A DNA stretch of 64,000 nucleotides from the human T2T-CHM13v2.0 reference genome, Homo sapiens, in NCBI RefSeq assembly GCF_009914755.1, contig NC_060931.1, one strand, 5' to 3'. Below the pieces are notes generated by a model that did no database searches, was not told where the DNA came from, and saw only the letters and a program-made list of their open reading frames with translations. A program made the translations under genes and the position numbers. Below, in pieces: positions 1 through 14,450 of the stretch. Position 1 is the stretch's first letter; the number at the start of each line of letters is the position of its first letter.

Positions 1-94
1 GCACAACCACACACAGTGTCCCAAAGCCCGTCTCCTGACTTCAACAGCATACTGAAATTATGTCTGTCATAACCACTGGGAAAAACTGCCTGCC

Positions 95-162
95 TCTCTG
101 TACTATCTTTGCAACCTCCTGTGAACCTATACTTATTTCAAAATAAAAAGTTTTTAAAAAGT
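95..162 (+). mobile_element. Old L1 (L1M) 3' end fragment
   Basis: CTTTGCAACCTCCTGTGAACCTATACTTATTTCAAAATAAAAAGTTTTTAAAAA resembles an L1ME terminus. Confidence 0.6.
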
Positions 163-3100
163 TAACTAGCGACCACGGCAATGTAAGTTCCAACGATGTG
201 ATGTGGAGAGGGAGGGTTAGCAGAGGCCGAAGGCAAAGAGATAGTAGGGAAGGGAGGCTTGCTAAAACCCTAACTGGAGGTGGGCCTCAGACGGAGCTTT
301 CCGAAGGGTGGGTTCATCTGAGCGAGTGGCAGTGGTGGACTGGAATCTACCTAGAGGGAAAATGTGACTTGAATAAACTCTCCACTTTCCTTCCTCCCGG
401 CTCCCCCACTGTGATTCCTCCTCCGGGTCCTCATCTCCCCACTTCCTTTGACTACACCACACCAAACTCTTGCCTTTCCAAAAGGACAAAACCAAAAAGG
501 TTCAAGAACCCAAGGAAACAAAGGCAATTCCTCTTTTCCCCACTATGCACAACAAAAACTATCTCGGCACGGAGAAGGTAGCACACAGATTTCTCTGGCG
601 AGGTCTCGGGCAAAGGGTCTCGGTGCCTTTGTACAAATCAGAAAAACGCTCTCCATCATCCAGGCAGATGCGGCCCAGCCTGGCAACAGTGGCTTGGATG
701 GGGTTTCAGCCTCCATGCCCTCCCAATCAAGTCACCAACCCTCCCGCTATCCGGGAAGGCCCTGCTCGTCCAACTCAAATACAGAAATTGGGTCCGACCC
801 ACCAGGTATCTATTCAGGTGCTATTTTTACAAATGAAAAGTTTAGCTTCACAAGGAGTACAATCTCACTCAGAAGTTAAATCAATAACCCCTAGGAAGTT
901 TCATTTTTATGTCAAAGACGAAGTCAGGGGGCCAGGTAGGACTTGGAAGGCCAAAGGTCACTTACGAAGACTGCAGGACTGCACACACCAGGCCTTCCCC
1001 AACTATCAGGGTGAACATAGGTTTGGCTTAAAAACACACACACGCAAAACTGGCCCATGCAACAGCAGTCTATTCCCACCGCACAATCCGCCCAAGCAGG
1101 CTGGAGCTGGTCCAAATGAACTGCACCCAACCACAAGAAAAGACTCCTCCTTTCCCTTTTTCAAAACACAAGAAAGGTGGCTAAACTACTGATGAGCTTT
1201 GAACAGTTAAGTAGTAGTTTTGTAAGCTTTGTAGTTACAGTCCATTTTCCCTTCCTTTGAAGGAAAAAAGGCATTAAAAAAAAAAGATGTCTCTCTTTTG
1301 CCCTTTTACATTTATTCTAGTCAAAAACTGCTCTCTGCCAACTTTGTTCTGAAAATCCACATCTGAGTTCCAGCGAAGTTTTCTACTTGGGGACATTTGG
1401 CTAAATTCTGAGTCCCCTTTTCTTCCTTTTTAGAGAGAGACGTAAGCTCTCTCTGGAGTTTAAAGCCTGTAACAATAATGTATTTACCGTACTTTTGCAG
1501 AACTGATAGTTACACTTTTACCATTGTTATATAGAATTGCTAAAGTCTTAAAAGTAAAATACTAGTATAGGAGGCATATTATAATAAACCTCTTACTCCT
1601 GTCCTTTTCCAATGAAAGACCAATTTTCTAAAACACAAAAGCCAAGAAAATCCTAAAACTCACATACACTTAAAATAAATAAGAACGACAACTCATTCAA
1701 GTCTCTTTAATAGCTAAGAGAAAAATCCTTTTTTCAGTAATGGTATTACTGAAGTATTAATTGTTTGAATAACCATACATTTTATTTGGTTACCCAAATA
1801 TAAACGGTTAAAGTCTCAAGCAGTTTGATGACTTCATCTCAATACAATGTCACACTTCAAACTGTTCAGACAGCATATTTTTAAGACAACTTATAAATCC
1901 AGCAACTTAAACTTCTAGTCAAAGTATAGATTCCCTCTCTGCTGGGGATGTAGATTTTTTTTGGGGGGGTGGGGGGTGGGGTTCAATTTTGCTGGATGAA
2001 GACCAAAAACTGCAAATCCTGTTATCTCATTTCAAAATAGATTATGTTAGTTTAGCCCCTAATCAAACCAAATCTTTTAAGATTAGTCATTCCTTAGTAA
2101 AATCTTCCCACAATAAATACCAAAGCTACGATAGACATAAAATGCTTTAAGATAATATGAGCCTTTTTCTACAAGATGAAACAGTTCCATTAAGACAAAC
2201 TGAAGATTCTGGATGTTCACTCGGGCAACAGCATGTGGACTTGGAAAGCTCTGTTTTTTAAAAACCCACTCGGCTGAGTTGTTTGCCTTTGGCCACCATC
2301 CAAATAAAAGAAACGCTGCCAGAAGTGTAAACAGGATGCATTTCTTTACATTGATGAATCCAGCAAACAAAGACAGCGCCTCTTAGTTCCTCTCGAAAAC
2401 TGAAGTGCAAGATACCTTTTAGTGTAAAGGTCAGCGAGAAACTGACGAAGGGAGGCAGTAAGCCGTCAAACCAGCCATCAGAGCCTCTGCCATTTCACAG
2501 CGCAGCCCTGGCCCCACCATAACTCCGCGGATTTGCCTTCCGCAACAAATGCACTGCCGTACGGGATCAGGCCTATTATTTCTCTAAGAAAGCCCCCTCT
2601 TGGCTCTGCCAGTGACTATACCGAGGGCTCACCTCAGGCAATGAAAAGTGGTGGGTAACGAATGGGGAAAACCCAAAAGGCGGTAAACTTGGCTCCTGCT
2701 ATGGGAGAACTTTCAAAACAAGCGTAGCAGCAAGACAGAGCACGAGCAGATAAGCGACAGTCTCAGATGCAGAGTACAGAGGCCAGCCCCATAACTGGAA
2801 GGACAGGACCGTCGGAGGACAGCCAGAATCGCCACCGCTGGTGAGGCCTCGCTCACAGACAGGCTGTGGAGAGCTAAGAAGTCTGTGTGAGAAAGGGGAC
2901 GATCGAGGGCTTTGGAAAAGGAGAATGGCAAGGTCTGAGGCTGCCTGCAGGTCCCGTGGCAGGTGGGACAGGAGGCAGGGAAGGAGCAGCTAAAGCAGGA
3001 GAGTGATCAGGAGCCCCCTAAGTGCTCTCACCCCAAGTGCTCTCAATAAAAGATGGAGAGATCCAAAACCAGGAATTCACCAAACCTGCAGAGCACGGAG

Positions 3101-3361
3101 AGCAGTGAGGGCCCTGTTGTGTAAGCACAATACCCACCAGTTCTCCCAAGTCAGGTCCACAGGAGGGGATGGCTTAGAAGGGGTGACATTTAGGTAGGTT
3201 TTCAACAAATTTAGTTCAGTTGGACAGTGGGAAATCCAAGCTAAGCTTCTCAAGAGGAGATGGAACTGCAGAGAAAACTCTGGGTTTAGGAATGGCATAG
3301 GAGAAGCAAATTATCATCATTAGCTTTTTTCAGCTGCCTTGAAAAGGTTTTCCTAAAAGTC

Positions 3362-3400
3362 CAAAACAAAACAAAACAAAACAAACAAACAAAAAAACAA
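3362..3400 (+). repeat. (AAAAC)n/(AAAC)n microsatellite
   Basis: Read directly. Confidence 0.9.
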
Positions 3401-4345
3401 CTCCAAACCAATCCAGATTTCCCCAGATCTCCTGAACTGGAAAGTGAAAATCCAGGGCTCCATTTCAAAACTCACAAGCCAGCAGGCTGGAAACTCCTGG
3501 AATCATCTCCCCAACCCCCACCCGCCAGCCATGGCCATGGGCAGACCAACTTCTTCCTCTCCTGTTCTTCCAGGGGTCAGGATAAGTCTCGGAATCTCCC
3601 TTCACTAAAAATTTCACTACATGACAAACACTAGTACAAGGGGGAACGAAATCGTCCTCTTAAGTACAGAAAAGATCAGCAAAACTTGAGAACACAAACA
3701 CACAAAATATCATTCTAAGGGGGAAAAGCTTGCACACACTATCAACAGGTAACAGCTTCATGTGCTAATTCAGTGTTTTCGAAATTCAAGTCAGGATCTG
3801 CATTGTGAAATCATTTAGTAGGCATTTTAAAAAGGAAAAGAATATACTGGTAACTAACTGAATAGACTGCAAATAATAAAGGTAAGTGTTTCAAAGAATT
3901 TGTTTTAGCAGAGACAGCTATATATAGACGGGTGTGTGTGTATGCGTAAACCCATAAACCCATAAACACACACGCGTGTACATACACCGGGTTCCTCTGG
4001 ACTATGGTCTGAGTGCCACTGGGCCAGACTCTTGTAGATGAGCCTGCTACAAGGCTGGCTTTCCTTGGTCCCACCACTTCAAAGCCAATAGGACTGGGCT
4101 GAGTGTCAAAAGTCCAAACAGTAACAAGTTGGGTTTTGTGAAAAACTGATAAGAGTGCAAAGAAACTGTGTGAGGAGGTGTGAGAAAATGGTGAAATCTT
4201 TGTCCTCTGGGGGCAGTGTCACTAGGTTGGTTTTCATTAAACATATTCTTGGCCCATTCGTTGGGGCCATCTTGGATTGCATGGTGAGGTCTGGGAATCA
4301 CAGAGCTACCACTCAACATTTTCTACCACTAAAGACGTTGAAGAG

Positions 4346-4483
4346 AGCTGGGCGTGATGGCTTAAGCCTGTAATCCTAGCGCTTTGGGAAGCCGAGGCGG
4401 GAGGATCTGTTGAGCCCAGGAGTTGGAGACCAGCCTGGACAACTTACCGAGACCCTATCTCTATTAAAATAAATTAAAAAAAA
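4346..4483 (+). mobile_element. Alu left monomer (FLAM-like)
   Basis: Single arm plus A tail; TSD AAAGACGTTGAAGAG / AAAGATATTGAAGAG. Confidence 0.9.
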
Positions 4484-4819
4484 AAAGATATTGAAGAGGA
4501 TACGCAGCTAATGTTCATTTTAGAAAGGCTGCTTTTGATTATCAAACATGATGTGTGCAGCGCATGGTGGTGGTGGCACCCCCAGGCAGTGTTCTTTAGA
4601 ACCCTCCTCCTGATCCAACCTGGTCAAGCTGGGGCCTCAGCACACTGTGGTAAATAAAGGCCCAGAGCCTTTCCACAAAGCCTTTAAACACCGACCAAGG
4701 TGCCAAATAAATAAGCAGATGCAGACATGCATAAAATTCATGCCAGTCTATCAACCAAAAGGCTGCTTCAGAGAGGCCATAACAATCTGCGTTCATGGGA
4801 CTAAGCGCCTGCCATGTGA

Positions 4820-4945
4820 ACGACACTGTGTTAAGTACTCACTGTCCATTAGCTCATTTAGTCTTTATAAATAACTCTGCGAGGAATAGCATTATGCCCA
4901 TTTTACAAATGAGAAAGCGGAAGCTCAAAATCACACAGTTATCAA
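4820..4945 (-). mobile_element. MIR
   Basis: Core CCCATTTTACAAATGAGAAAGCGGAAGCTC. Confidence 0.7.
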
Positions 4946-4977
4946 GCCTGACCGATTTAGTTTAAGCTAGAGATTTT

Positions 4978-5071
4978 CTTTTTTTTTGTAGAGACAGGGT
5001 CACACTGTGTCCCCCAGGCTGGAGTGCAGTGGCGCAATCAAAGCTCACTGCAGCCTTGACCGCGCGGGCTC
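4978..5071 (-). mobile_element. 5'-truncated Alu
   Basis: Right-arm 3' end with 14-bp TSD AAGCTAGAGATTTT (4964-4977 and 5072-5085). Confidence 0.9.
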
Positions 5072-5439
5072 AAGCTAGAGATTTTTCAGCTCTGTTCTAC
5101 ACTGCTGTGAGTATCTGGAGAGATAAGGGAGCAGAGGAACAGGCAGGAGGCAGAAGATGCCTGGGCTGCCGCCTGCTCTCACGCAGCTTACAGCAGGCAC
5201 GGAGACTAGAGCCAGAGCTGAGCTGACCTCTGAGGACCCAACACTTCTGAAATTCTCTAGAACATTTTTTAAAAATAGTAATTAAAATCTGGAAGTATGG
5301 GATATACTGTTAAGCCTGGCTACATTAGAAGACATTTTGTGCATTCAGACACTACTTGAGTCTAATATCTCCAGACACTGAAAACACTCACTCATCTACG
5401 CTATCTTGGCAGCCCAGCAAGAGACCATCTAATGGTGGC

Positions 5440-6590
<1,151 letters not shown>

Positions 6591-8229
6591 TAACTTTTAA
6601 TTTTCCTTTATTTTCCCCCAAATTGTTTTTTAGTTGATCTATTTGCTTCACGAAAATTGTCCTCCAATAATATCTAAGCAGTCATGACCTCAAACCACAG
6701 CTCAAAGAGAAATCAGGATAACTAGCAACTGAAAATGAGGAAAATTTAGTGTATGTATACTGACAACTGAAAATTAGAAAAAATGGAATAGACATTTGGC
6801 TTCTCTACTTCAAATAAGCTTTTATACTGATTTTTATACTTTATTTTCCTCTAAGTCCCATTATAATACAATAATAAGTAATAAAGTACCAATTAGTAAT
6901 AAAAATGCTTAAATTTCACAAACATGTTTGAATTTCTAGTCTCTTGTTTCCAGTAAGAAAACTAGGCTCAGTCAACACTTCCAATAAAACGTTTCATGAA
7001 GGTATAAAGAACAATTTAAAACATTTAGCCTGAGTTCTTAGAAGTTTCAAAATCAAGAGAGCCTTGAATTTGATGGGAGATTTACTATTAATTACTGTCT
7101 CCATAAACAGAAATCTCTTTGAATTAATGAGCATTAAAATAAGGTATAAGAGAGAAAAAAAAAAAAACCTAGCCAGGATAACACAGCAGCTTGCTCACTG
7201 TTCTCATCCGTTGCCTCTAAGACTATCTGGAGGAAAGTTCAAACTTGCGATAAGACCAAATGGAAAAAAGCTGGAAGAAGTAAATTTAAGTAGTAAATTA
7301 CTACTGCAGAAAATAAACTCAATGGTAACTTCAACAGCACCAAAAACGCACTTGGACATGGCAATAATTAAATATCAGCATCAGGCAGCCTCACTAAACA
7401 AGACGCTGCAGCGTTTCAAATTAAGGGGCCAACCTTAGGCACACACACGACCGAAGAGCAGCCGCTGAGCTCATGAAAAACCTGTTCGCGCAGAAACCGC
7501 TCTGTGCCCCGTGGAGGAGCTACGATGAATTATTAGGTGAAAGTACCACAAGCTCCGTGATCATTTTGGGCGCTTCCTCCACTTAGGACTCAGGCTGCTG
7601 CTTAATGAAGTCCTGCTCTGCAGGCATCCATCTTCTCTTCTATGGACTGCATGGGTAACTGTTTAGACAACTAAACGGAAAATCTTAATTTATGCTTCAT
7701 TTGCAATTACAGAGTTGGCCTCTGCAAGTTTCAATATCTCTTTCGGGAATCTGTGAACATGTTTCCTTCTCACGCATACCCAACTCCCTCCTGTAAGCAG
7801 TGACCATCATGAGTAGTGCTACCCGACACCCACCTAGAGCAGCGCCTTCAGTGCTTACGGCCTGCACTTGGGTTAAGCCAGAGCTGGCCTACCCAGGCCC
7901 TGCTACCATGCTGCCTGAAAAGCTGCTTCTGCACCTTCTGCAGATCAGCAAGGGTGTGGGCCGAGCTGACTGTGGCCTTGGAGGCTGTCTGTCCCTGCAG
8001 GCTGGCCACTGGCTGTAGTAGGAGAGTGCCCAGGTGCTGTGGGTTACCCTGGACCATCCTGTGGGCCTGAATTTGGATGGGATGGAGAGGGACCTGGGCC
8101 GCACAGGAGGACCTCACTCCCCACAGAGCAGCAGCGGCCTGCAGCTAGGGGAGATGCACCATCCTGAGGTCTGGCCCAGCCTGTCAGCCAATGCCGTGGT
8201 TCTACCTTCCAGAGACAGCTACAATTTCC

Positions 8230-8840
8230 CTACTTCCTGCTGCTCCCATGGCTCTCACTTGGGTCCGGCCACCACCATCTCTCACCTGGATTATGGCAAG
8301 TCTTCTAATTGGCTGCTTTGTGTCCACACTTGTCCCCTTCAGTCTACTGTCAAAACCAGTGGTCAAGTTAGCCTGCTAAGCCTAGGTCAGCTCTTATCAC
8401 CCGCTTTGTTCAAAACCCTACAAGGCTCCCATCTCATTCATGGCAAAAACTCAGGTCCTCAAAGAGGCACATCCTCACTTCTGCCTCAGGCCTTTGCACT
8501 TCTGGTTCCTGACAACTGAAACCCTTTGCCCCGGATAGCCGCACGGCTCACTTCCTCAATGCTCAGTGAGGACTGGGGCAGGGAAGCTTCTCAGGGTGGC
8601 CTGCCCTTGGCCATCTTATCCAAAACTGCACCCCAGGCCCATCCTTCCCACGCTCCATCCTCGCTTTACTTCCTTGACCACTTCCGGCTGGCTACCCGCC
8701 TTCAGAGTCCACTCAGCATCTCCTGTATGATTCTCTCCCCACCGAGCACAAGCCCCACAAGGACAGGGCTCTGCTCTGTTCACACCCGTGTCCCCAGGGC
8801 CGGCACAGAGCAGAGGCTCTACCTGTTGGCAGGATGAACT
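8230..8840 (+). mobile_element. L2 LINE 3' portion
   Basis: CCACCACCATCTCTCACCTGGATTATGGCAAG and CCTCAGGCCTTTGCACTT L2 motifs. Confidence 0.7.
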
Positions 8841-9169
8841 AAGGGACCCCAGGTCCTCATCCGCAAAGTAAGGGCAGCAGTCCTACCTCATACCTGCAGT
8901 GAGGAGCACTCAAGTAACAGGTGTTTTATATTAGATAGTCATTAGATCTGTCTTGTACCAAAGTTGATAAAAAATACACAAACCAAACATCATTAGCGTT
9001 TCAATGTATTTTTCATTGGAAATTCCACCCTATGATGACTCATTATTGACATTAATACATAAATATTGCCCCATACTTTATTTGAAAAAAAAATTAGTTG
9101 TACAATGGATCTGAAAATTCCTCCTAAAACTACCTCCTTTTCGTATGTCAAAGACAAAATTAAAAAGCC

Positions 9170-9227
9170 GGCTACTCTGGGTACACCGCCTTTGGGGTAG
9201 CCCTGCTCCCCAAGGAACAGTACAATA
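9170..9227 (+). mobile_element. ~58-nt retroposed insert with two hairpins and TSDs
   Basis: GGCTACTCTGGGTACACCGCCTTTGGGGTAGCCCTGCTCCCCAAGGAACAGTACAATA, flanked by AAAATTAAAAAGCC (9156-9169) and AAAATGAAAAAGCC (9228-9241). Confidence 0.7.
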
Positions 9228-9677
9228 AAAATGAAAAAGCCTATTGACAGGAAAAGATCAGCCAAAAAGACAACAGCTTACTTTACTGTGGTGGATAAAT
9301 TAAAACTGCAAGTGACTGATAGCGTTTAATAGAAGAAGCAATTTTCACACATCTGTAAATATGTAAATATTTATGTAAATGTAAATATTACTTAGTAATA
9401 AATTCATAGTAAAATTATGTAAGTATTGTTAGTAATAAATATTACTTTGTAATAAATTCTATGTAAATAGTATTTAGTAATAAATTCATAGTAAAAATTT
9501 CTATGATTAATACAATACAGATACTCCTTTAAAGGCATTCTGAATTCGGAACAGTCTTCTAGTATCATTACAATCACCTTCTTAGAGGGAAATGGTTTGA
9601 CATTAGAAAGGGGTCAACCCCAGGAGGGGAGAGGATCGCTTAAGAAGTACGCAGCTGAATATTTCAGGTTCGCTGCA

Positions 9678-10021
9678 TGTGTTAGTCTGGGCTGCTATAA
9701 CAAAACCTCACAGGCGGGTGGCTTGAACAGCAGAGATTTCTTTCTCACAGTTCTGGAGGCTGGGACTCTAAGATGGAGACTGGTGTCTGGTGAGGGCCCA
9801 CTTTCTGGCTCCTAGACGGTGATTTCTCACTGTGTCCTCAGATGGTGGAAGGGGTATACAAGCTCATTAAGGTCCCTTTTATAAGGACACTAATCACATT
9901 CATGAGGGCTCTGTCCTTGTGATCTCATCACTCCCCAAAGGCCCCACCCCCTAACACCAGCACCTTAAGGGTTAGGATTTCAACATAGGAATTTTGAGAT
10001 GGACACATTCAGACCATAGCA
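9678..10021 (-). mobile_element. MaLR solo LTR (MLT1A-like)
   Basis: TG...CA ends, 5-bp TSD CTGCA (9673-9677 and 10022-10026), TCTCACAGTTCTGGAGGCTGGGA motif. Confidence 0.9.
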
Positions 10022-10183
10022 CTGCAAATGAGTAAAATAATAACAGTATTAGTAATACTGCTAACAAAAACCATGCTACAGCCTTTAGAAGGAACTTACT
10101 CCTTGGGTTTTGTCAATAATTTTTTTTTTACAGTTGGATTCCAAATGATGGACCTCACGGTCACTGGCAAGATAATGAGAAAA

Positions 10184-10501
<318 letters not shown>

Positions 10502-11916
10502 AAGATAATGAGATAACATGTGGAAGGAGGCCCTGGAGCGCTCTCATTCAACAGGGACACCCAGGCCCGCAGCTCAGCCTTTGGAGATGGCAAGTCCCAA
10601 GAATCAGAAGAAACAGATGCTTCCTGAGTCGTCAAGTGAGGGGATTTCATCTCCCAGCAGCAAAAAGGAGATCAGAATTGGAAAGGAAATACAGACTACA
10701 AGGAACCCTGGCCCAGAGCCCCCAGGCTGTGCACACGTGGGCTCCAGGCGAACCATTTCAGGTTCAGGGAAGACGGCTCAGCCTAACCTGGGTGGGGCTG
10801 ACTTCTGTGCACAACATCTACACCTGGCCCTCTGTGCACAACCAGAGCTCCCCGCTCCACCGATGCCCAGAGCACAGCGACTGTGCTGCAAGCGGGGTGA
10901 CCTGGCTGATGACACCGCGGCTCACACAGAAGACAAAGGAGCAACAAAGCTGCCAGAACTCTAGTTTCCCAGCCTTGGCAGAGAAAGCCCAGAACAACCA
11001 GGGTGCTCACATGTTCCAGAGGTACAGGAGAATAAGTGTGCTGCTTCTTCTTACTCAGATAACTTTATGTCATGACCAATGAAGTAACTTTTATCAAATT
11101 TTTGCCAACTATATAGACTTCTTAAAAAATCATTTGAGAAGGGACCTCAAAGTGAAATCCATTTACCTGAAAGCACACGGCACAGATTTCGTAAGGTTGT
11201 AAAGAACGATTGCAAAACCAGAAGCGCTTCCCCTGACAGGCTCTGGTTAAACCCTAGCCGCCAATGCTGCCCAAGGGCTGCTGTCCAGTTTCACCCACAG
11301 CTGTGCTGGTCTCTGATGTTGCCATGTCTTCCCTGCGGCACGGACGCTGCTGAAACTGGTGCTCCCTTCAGAGGGGTTCTGCTGACAGCTGAAAAGACAG
11401 TCCGGCAGGCCACGCAGGACACCAGTGTCTACTTCTCAAAAAGCCCCTCCCTTAAGAGCCAAGTGAAAAGTCCCATGTCCCCGTCCATCTTATAAAACGA
11501 AAGGAAATCTGTTTTTTTCACGCACAGAGCAGCGCTTATTTGTTTCCCTAGAGAGGCAGCACCACAGCTTTCCCAGGGGCAGTGGGAAGGGGCTGTAAGT
11601 ACTCAAGAGAACCCGCGTTTCACGCGACTCCTCTCCAAAAACCTGAAAAAACTCTCAAGAGAACTTGCGTTTCAGGCAACTCCTCACCAAAAACCTTAAA
11701 ACCGGGCAAGTAAGTCCCTGTGTTACTAATTCCATGAAAAAAACTAATCTGTTTCAAGAAAGTCAGAATTCCTCCCTTAAGGACTCACATTTGCTTTTCT
11801 TCAGAATTATGGTAAATAACTCAATGTTTTTCTTGGCTTGCTTTTCCTTCTAAAGCTGCTAAGACACGGGCAGAGTCCTTAGGCCTTGGTGCTTTGCTAA
11901 AATCAGAGGCTTTGTA

Positions 11917-12205
<289 letters not shown>

Positions 12206-12270
12206 ACATCACATCACATCACATCACATCACATCACATCACATCACATCACATCACATCACATCACATC
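12206..12270 (+). repeat. (ACATC)13 perfect pentanucleotide repeat
   Basis: Counted directly. Confidence 0.97.
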
Positions 12271-12503
12271 AGGGGCTTTGTGCTCCTGTCAGTCACAGCC
12301 ACCTTCTACGATGGTGCTTCACCAGGGCCACATGAAGGCACAGACGTTACATTTATAAAACTCAGCATCTGTCTAGATGCCTAGGAAACCCCACCTCTAA
12401 TGAGAAAGTTGGTAAACAAAGCAGTTATTTGGCCCCTTTTTTGTTAGGTTTAAGGATAAAGGATAAACACATATATAAAATCAAAAGAATCCAGTGACCT
12501 TTA

Positions 12504-12748
12504 CTTTTCAAACTTTAAAAAAAATTTTATGTTTAGAGACAGAGTCTCGCTCTGTCGCCCAGGCTGCTGTGCTGTGGTGCAATCATGGCTCATTGCAGCC
12601 TCAAACTCCCAGGCTCAGTCTCCTGAGTAGCTGGGAATTACCGGCATTCACCACCATACCCAGCTAATTTTATTTGTAGACACACAGTCTTGCTATGCTG
12701 CCCAGGCTGGTCTTGAACTCCTGGCCTCAAGTGATCCTCCTGCCTGGT
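12504..12748 (-). mobile_element. AluJ-like, 5'-truncated
   Basis: TSD ATCCAGTGACCTTTA / ATCCAGCAACCTTTA. Confidence 0.9.
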
Positions 12749-13366
12749 ATCCAGCAACCTTTAAAAGGTAATTGTTTCCCCTTCTATAACAAGAGGTTAC
12801 AGTTTATATTTTCAAGCTCTAAGATGAAACAAAGTTTCAAACTATAAATATTTATGAGCTTTGAGGAAACCGGCTTTCTCCACAGTCATGTTTTCATTTA
12901 AATTATTTTAAAAAATAGATGACTCCATGCCCATAGTACCAATTTCACTGGTTATTAAGGGGCATCCAGGGGAGAGTCTCCTCCTACCTCCCCTTCCCCA
13001 GAGGGAACAGAAGTTCCCAGTCAGTGTAGCTTGCGTAAGGGGACATCACTGAGTGATGCCAGCACAGCGCTCCTTGCAGGAAGCCACCACAATATCTGCT
13101 ATACCTCCAGAGGGAGAGGCTGGGGACATTCCGGGAGAGCTCTCAGGTGGGGAAAAAAAAACAAACAAACATGCTGGATGGTGAGCAAACCAATCTGTGA
13201 AGGAAATGAAAATGGAAATGGAGGCAATCGCCCCATGTGAGCTGTCAGAGTGCAGCTGGAGGAGCAGGAAACAGCGTATTCGTTAGGAGATCTGGGAATC
13301 TGGGGCCACGCCTAAGTCTGCCCATCTGCAAAGACCCCTTGTCCAGAAGGTGTGGACCACGGAGAT

Positions 13367-13838
13367 TGTGATGTTAATTTCACTGAACTGGGCCACAGGG
13401 TGCCTGATGCAACACCGTTCCTGGGCGTGTCTGTGAGGGTGCTCGAGATGACATTAGGATTAGGACAGTGGGTTCAGGAAGGTGGACTGCCCTCCCCAAG
13501 TGGCTGGGCACCTTCCAATCCCTCAAGACCCTGAATAGATCAGACGGCAGAGGGAGGAGGAGTTCACCCCTCATTTCCTGCCTCGCCGCCGGAGCTTGGA
13601 CATCTCATCCTCTCTTGCCCTGGGACTGGATGTCCACCATCGGCTGCCCAGGTTCTCAGGCCTTCGGACATGAGCTGAGTTTGAATCACGCCTCGGGCTT
13701 CCCTGGGTCTCTAGCTTGCCACACAGAACATGGGACTTCTCAGCTCCCAGAATCACGTGAGTGAAATTCTCCATCATAAATCTCCTTTTATACATCTATG
13801 TATCCTGTTGGCTGTGCTTCTTTGGAGAATCCTGACTG
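13367..13838 (+). mobile_element. ERVL solo LTR (MLT2-like)
   Basis: Starts TGTGATGTTAATTT; ends TCCTGTTGGCTGTGCTTCTTTGGAGAATCCTGACT. Confidence 0.8.
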
Positions 13839-13885
13839 AGATCAGGGAGATCTGTGGCCGAGGAGTTGAACGGAGTGAGACTCAC

Positions 13886-13963
13886 CCTGGACCCAGGGTG
13901 TGCAATGAGTAGGTGCTCAAAACGGCAGCACTTTCGGTTTCCATCTGGTGTGCTTCCCGAACC
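13886..13963 (-). CDS. GNA12: Alternative internal exon of GNA12 (GSGSTPDGNRKCCRFEHLLIAHPGSR)
   Basis: Acceptor TTGCAG| at 13964; 78 nt open frame; donor AGG|GTGAGT at 13885. Phase 0/0, compatible with the exon 2 acceptor used by exon 1. Confidence 0.75.
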
Positions 13964-14450
13964 CTGCAAGTCAACATTTAAGAATTCCTATAATCTGAAT
14001 TAAAGACAATTAGAGACATCAGAATAAAGCCCTGCTCAAGCTTCTCCAAGCTCACAAATAAAATCAAAGACACAAACCAAGACTTTGAGGAAATTTCTTC
14101 TGCACCCATGAAGTCTTTACTGGGAAGGCCTTCTCAGTGCGGCCTTACTGGACCATCCTATTTAAAGCCGCAACTCCCACCAAAAAATTCCTTATTTCCT
14201 TTTCCTGCCTTTTTTTTTTTTTTTTCGTGGCATAGAATCTCAGAGCTGGAAGGAGCTCTAAAAGGCTGGACCAGTCACCGTCCAGATGTGAACTCCTTGC
14301 ATATAACGGCCTTCCACAGAAGTTTATCAGCCTGTCCAACACACATCCTAGAAAGGGTTCCCTGACCTGCCCCGCACTGCTCCCAAGCACCCTTCCTGTG
14401 CTCCCGACAGCACCGGGTGTGCACTGCTCCCCTCCACAGCACTCACTCAC

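Noticed and set aside
198-1192. Overlapping 127-240-aa ORFs
   Set aside because: No recognisable homology; antisense within an intron; several have non-ATG starts.
9350-9510. AT-rich degenerate repeats (TAGTAATAAATTCATAGTAAAA twice)
   Set aside because: Ordinary low-complexity slippage with nothing pointing to function.
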